Source: Candidatus Hydrogenedentota bacterium (GTDB taxonomy: Bacteria > Hydrogenedentota > Hydrogenedentia > Hydrogenedentales > SLHB01). Taken from it: a DNA stretch of 64,000 nt. The DNA lies in the NCBI GenBank assembly GCA_963745075.1, contig CAVUWV010000020.1, positions 128,001 to 192,000 of the forward strand. Reading direction: 5' to 3'. The number at the start of each line of letters is the position of its first letter. Position 1 is the first letter of the stretch. The translations under genes and the position numbers were made by a program. The notes beneath the pieces were generated by a model. It was not told where the DNA came from. It made no database searches and saw nothing but the letters and a program-made list of their open reading frames with translations. Of this stretch, positions 59,844 to 64,000 are shown piece after piece.

Positions 59844-60572
59844 GCGAGCCGGTTCGGATCGAAGTGGCCGACAATTACAACGACCTCAGCCGCCGCGGCG
59901 CATCGATTGTCTTGGAGTCCCTTCGCACGAATCCTGCGGCGTTACTTTGTGCCGCAACTGGAAGTTCCCCCCTGGGTGTCTATTCGGAATTGGCGAAGGC
60001 ACACACGCAAGACGCCACCGTCTTCTCCAAGCTGCGCGTTATCAAGCTCGACGAATGGTGCCCACTGGGTCCAGACGATCCGGCATCGTGCGAGTTCTAC
60101 GTTCGTACGAAGGTAATCGAGCCTTTGGCCGTCGCTGAGGATCGAACCATCACCCTGCGCGGAGACGCCGCCGACGCGGAAGCCGAATGCCGAACCTTCT
60201 CCTCGGCACTGGCGAAGGCGGGGCCCATCGACGTTCTGTATCCTGGGTTTGGGCGTGAACGGGCATCTGGGAATGAACGAACCGGCGGACTGGCTGCATG
60301 AGACCGCGCACGTTACGGCGTTGGCGAAGGAATCGCAGGGCCATGCCATGCTGGAAGGCGCCCGTACCCAACCCACGTACGGGCTCACGCTTGGGATGGG
60401 GGAAATTCTTCGGTCGGATTTGATCCTGCTGCTGGTCAGTGGCGAGAAGAAGCGGGACGCCCTGACCCGGCTCATGTCGCGCCAGATTACGACGCGGTTT
60501 CCCGCCTCCTTCTTATGGACTCACGGCCATACGATCATTATTGCGGATCGCGATGCGTATCCGAATCCGTGA
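59840..60572 (+). CDS. Glucosamine/galactosamine-6-phosphate deaminase-isomerase family (apparent frameshift near 60235)
   Basis: ATGSSP, KLDEW, then ILGLGVNGHLGMNEP, GLTLGMGEI, FPASFL. Confidence 0.82.
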
Positions 60573-61248
60573 CACCGACGATTGCGGCGTTCACTTGAGC
60601 AATGCTCAAGGCCAGGACCGCTTGCCCTCCAAAATAGAGCGGTAGGCCGACAATCGCGTTTATTGAGCCCGGCGCAACGAATTGTTGCCGGGCCACGAAG
60701 ACGTCGGATATGTAAAACATCACTGCGCCCAGCAGAATAAGTCGGCCGCCCGGCTTCGATATCGTCCCGCCGGCGAGCGCGACCATCGTGCTGATGACGG
60801 CAACGTATGCCGCGACCGGAATCTTCATATCGCTGGGAACGTGCGGCCAGACCCATCGAACGACAAAGACCGATGCAATCACCATCGCCGCACCGGCTAC
60901 AGCCGCCCCAGGGAGTCGGGTTCCTCGCACGGCGTACGCTACGCAATAGGCAACGTGCGCGATGAAGAAACTGACGAGACCGGCCAGAAACCGGCTATCC
61001 GTTGGTGCCAGGAGAAAGTAGTCGCCAAAGGACGAGGCTATGAGCCCGGCGAATAATACCCAGCCATAAGTCGAGTGCCTCGCACCGGCCAGCCAGGCGG
61101 TGGCGATAAAGCTGAACGACGCCGCCATCTTGAAAGCTTTGGCGGCCAGCGAGAATCCCGCAGCGTTCAGCGCCAAACAAAGGCCGCAAAAGACGACCGT
61201 GAGCGCCGCGGCGGTCAAGGTTCGATTCCAGTTCGAGACAGACTTCAT
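60538..61248 (-). CDS. YhhN/lysoplasmalogenase family membrane protein
   Basis: K.., GL..S.FGDYFL, FLAGLVSFFIAHVAY, Y..VISTM, FYISD, LYFGGQ. Confidence 0.85.
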   Translation of the reverse strand: MKSVSNWNRTLTAAALTVVFCGLCLALNAAGFSLAAKAFKMAASFSFIATAWLAGARHSTYGWVLFAGLIASSFGDYFLLAPTDSRFLAGLVSFFIAHVAYCVAYAVRGTRLPGAAVAGAAMVIASVFVVRWVWPHVPSDMKIPVAAYVAVISTMVALAGGTISKPGGRLILLGAVMFYISDVFVARQQFVAPGSINAIVGLPLYFGGQAVLALSIAQVNAAIVGVTDSDTHRDPQ

Positions 61249-61260
61249 TCTGAGAACAGG

Positions 61261-61696
61261 TCAACCGCCGGGCGCGTCGTTGAGATACCCCTCGAGCGCT
61301 TGAATCTCATTCACGAGATCGTTGATCCGGTCGTGCAACAGATACCGAAGCGAGATCATCCCCGCCATTTCACCGTTGGCCTTCATGATGGGCAGATGGC
61401 GAATTCGCTTCTCGCTCATCAGACGGATGGCGTCGGTCAACTCGATGTCTTCGCTGGCCACGGTGATGTCCGCGGTCATTACGTCGCGTAGCAAAGTCAT
61501 ATTTGGATCTTTGCCGGCCAGTACGATGCGCGACATGAACGTCCCGTTCGCTGAATATGCCGCGCACATCGGTCAAGTCTCCAACCAGCACGACGCCGGA
61601 CCGATGCTCGACCATGACCTCGATAGCCCGTTTGGCCGTGTCGTTCTCGGTAAGCATCAGCAGAGATGTGTTCTTCAAAAACGGCTTTAGAGACAT
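61261..61696 (-). CDS. CBS-pair protein (apparent frameshift near 61540)
   Basis: AIEVM..GIFSERD, then a shifted frame MSRIV..RDVMT..M.EKRIRHLPI..GMIS. Confidence 0.8.
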
Positions 61697-61868
61697 CGTT
61701 GCACCCTCTCACATAGTTCGTACAAACCCCGCAGCCCGTCTACCATGCACGAGAAGGGGAAAAAGCGCAAGATAAATCGGTCAGAAATGGGGTGGACACG
61801 CGGCAAGGGGTTTCACCCCAAGCACATACAGAGAATTGCGAATACGTATACTGGACCTAGTCAAGGGT

Positions 61869-62342
61869 TCACGATTTGGGGCTGCTGCGACCGCCAATTT
61901 GCTGGTCCAGTTCGTCGAGGAACCAGCGAAGTGTCCGTTGATCTTCCTCGCTGAGGGCGCGGAACTGGACACCGCACGCATGACCCTTCTTTTCCGGGAC
62001 CGGCTTGGTCCAGCGCACCTGCGCGCGCGGATGAATGGTTGTCGTCGCTTGCAAGTCCACGTGCAGCGTGACATCTTGGCCGGGAGTGATTTCATATTTG
62101 ATCAGCACGCAGGCGCCGCCGGAACTGAGGTCAAGCAACCGCCCCTTGGTTGTGTGCGTGTCCATCTGCATATCCCCGCCGGAGGAGAATCCGACCGCGA
62201 ATTCGACTTTGACCTGGCAGGTCTTACGGATGGTGCGCCGGCGAAGACGCCGCTGATCGGAGGAGCTATCGCCGCCGGAATGACTCGAGGACTCCGGGCT
62301 GTACCTCGCGATTGAACCCGGGACCGGGCGCGTAATAGACAT
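61869..62342 (-). CDS. PilZ domain (c-di-GMP-binding) protein
   Basis: RRxxR motif (QRRLRRR), DLSSGG motif, AQVRW, GVQF. Confidence 0.82.
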   Translation of the reverse strand: MSITRPVPGSIARYSPESSSHSGGDSSSDQRRLRRRTIRKTCQVKVEFAVGFSSGGDMQMDTHTTKGRLLDLSSGGACVLIKYEITPGQDVTLHVDLQATTTIHPRAQVRWTKPVPEKKGHACGVQFRALSEEDQRTLRWFLDELDQQIGGRSSPKS

Positions 62343-62457
62343 GGCCATCTCCCTTTCCCAATGTCGCGATACCGGCTGTAACCATAGCGCGTATGCTATC
62401 GTAGCTACAATGTTGGATATCGTGTCGCGACGTACCTAATGAATTGGGGGTTGTCAA

Positions 62458-64000
62458 GTGAAACGGCGTAGCTTTGCACACGGTGGGCTGTCCCTGTTGG
62501 AAGCAGGTCGAGGTACCGGATTGCAACGGCGTTACACGATCATCACGGTGGGCGTGTTGGCCGCTATGGCTGTCCTCGGAACAGCGCGAGCCGACGTGCT
62601 CCGGGAAGGCTTTCAAAACCCGCCGCGCGAATTCAGCATGGTGCCGTTGTGGTCCTGGAACGGGACACTCGACCGGGACGAATTGCGGTTCCAGATCGAC
62701 GAATTCGTGGACAAAGGCGTCTACGGGGCGTTCATGCATGCCCGGGCAGGCATCGACAGCAGCGAAACCCCGTATTTTTCTGAGGGATGGTGGGATGCGA
62801 TCGCGTTCTGCGTCGAATACGGCGAATCAGTCGGATTCTCCCCCTGGATCTATGACGAGGATAAATGGCCCAGCGGCGCCGCGGGTGGCCGCACGATGGA
62901 ACGCAATCCCGAACGAAACAGCCAGAAAACATTGCACCGAATCGAGCAACGGATCACGGGACCCCAAAAGGTTGACGTTTCGATCCCTGGTGCACGATAC
63001 GTGGTAGCGGCGAAGGTTGTCGAGGACGGCGGACTTGACCCGGATAGCATGGTCGACCTCAGCCGGTTCAACCACGAAGCCGACACGCAAAGCATTCCCT
63101 GGACCTGCCCGGACGGTGAGTGGCTGATCGCAGGGTACGTGTTCGGCCCGTACGGACATGGCGTCAATTACTTGAACAAGAATACGGTTCGCGATTTCAT
63201 CGACATCACCCATGAAGCATATGCCAGCCGGATTGGCGATGCCTTCGGGACGACCGTTCCCGGCGTGTTCTTCGACGAAATCATGAATGACGCAGGTAAG
63301 GACCCGGAACAAGTGGTCTGGGCCGAAGGTTTTGAAGAACGCTTTCGCGAAATGAAAGGGTACGACATCGCGCCGCTTCTCCTGGCGTTGACATACGATA
63401 CCGGGCCGCGCACGCCGGTCATTCGCTGCGACTACTACGATGTGTATACCACGCTTTATGAAGAGGCTTGGTTTGAACAGATCTCGGACTGGTGCGCGGA
63501 TCACAACCTCATGCTGTGCGGACATACGATCGAGGAATTGAACCGGTATATCACGCAGGGCGACTACATGCGCACCGAACGCCACCTGCAAATCCCCACG
63601 ACCGACAACGAGGATTTCCGGTACACGTGGCCGCGTACCATCGGTGCCTGGAAACCGAAGCAACTCGCGAGCATCGCGCAACTCTACGAGAAACCCCGGG
63701 CCGCGGTGGAAGCCATGGGCGGCGCCGGATGGTCATTCACGTTGGATTCGGGACGGTACGGTTTCAATATGCTCGCGGCCTACGGCATCGACTTCTATAT
63801 CTCCCATCTCTTTCACTACGCCCAGGACACGCCGACCCAGGTGGGAGACTGGCCGAACAGTTGGTTCTTCCGGAATCCGTACTGGAAGTATTTCAAGACG
63901 TTTGCAGACCACGGCAGCCGGATTAGCTATGTCGTTCGCGGGTCCACTCCAGTCGTCGACGTGGCGATTCTCTACCCGCAGGCAAACCAGTGGAGCGGCA
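62458..64000 (+). CDS. Secreted glycoside hydrolase (GH106-like), runs off the window end
   Basis: Hand translation: FQNPPREFSMVPLWSWNG..FMHARAG..YFSEGWW..WIYDEDKWPSG.AGG..FFDE..; no stop before 64000; start approximate. Confidence 0.78.
   Translation, partial: MKRRSFAHGGLSLLEAGRGTGLQRRYTIITVGVLAAMAVLGTARADVLREGFQNPPREFSMVPLWSWNGTLDRDELRFQIDEFVDKGVYGAFMHARAGIDSSETPYFSEGWWDAIAFCVEYGESVGFSPWIYDEDKWPSGAAGGRTMERNPERNSQKTLHRIEQRITGPQKVDVSIPGARYVVAAKVVEDGGLDPDSMVDLSRFNHEADTQSIPWTCPDGEWLIAGYVFGPYGHGVNYLNKNTVRDFIDITHEAYASRIGDAFGTTVPGVFFDEIMNDAGKDPEQVVWAEGFEERFREMKGYDIAPLLLALTYDTGPRTPVIRCDYYDVYTTLYEEAWFEQISDWCADHNLMLCGHTIEELNRYITQGDYMRTERHLQIPTTDNEDFRYTWPRTIGAWKPKQLASIAQLYEKPRAAVEAMGGAGWSFTLDSGRYGFNMLAAYGIDFYISHLFHYAQDTPTQVGDWPNSWFFRNPYWKYFKTFADHGSRISYVVRGSTPVVDVAILYPQANQWSG

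Overview
GC-rich bacterial chromosomal window, mostly housekeeping and metabolic genes: yceD-rpmF-plsX-fabG, gltBD, prs, hppA, acpP-fabF-rnc, M23 peptidase-bactofilin-mnmA, nhaA, gltA, proC-divIVA-lolA-maf, araB and several glycan-active enzymes. I saw no rRNA, tRNA or CRISPR array. The standout is a minus-strand locus at 5684-12686 that looks like an undescribed RiPP-type (ribosomally made, post-translationally modified) peptide system. A near-consensus sigma70 promoter precedes two cysteine-free, MKH-leader small peptides (64 aa, and a 45 aa ORF missed by the ORF track) and a terminator. These are followed by a translationally coupled operon of three RimL/SpeG-type GNATs, a CPBP (CAAX) protease, an ABC exporter, and a CteB/SCIFF-maturase-like RRE-radical SAM-SPASM protein. 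That protein has lost its CxxxCxxC and AuxI cysteines, kept the four AuxII ligands, and is fused to a fourth GNAT. A second accessory region (about 20.3-26.6 kb) is a mosaic of a REP-associated tyrosine transposase element, its deleted and duplicated derivatives, several REP-like palindromes, Rhs fragments and low-GC orphan genes. Six conserved genes carry single-base frameshifts that are probably sequencing indels. All family assignments come from motif recognition by eye, not from database searches.
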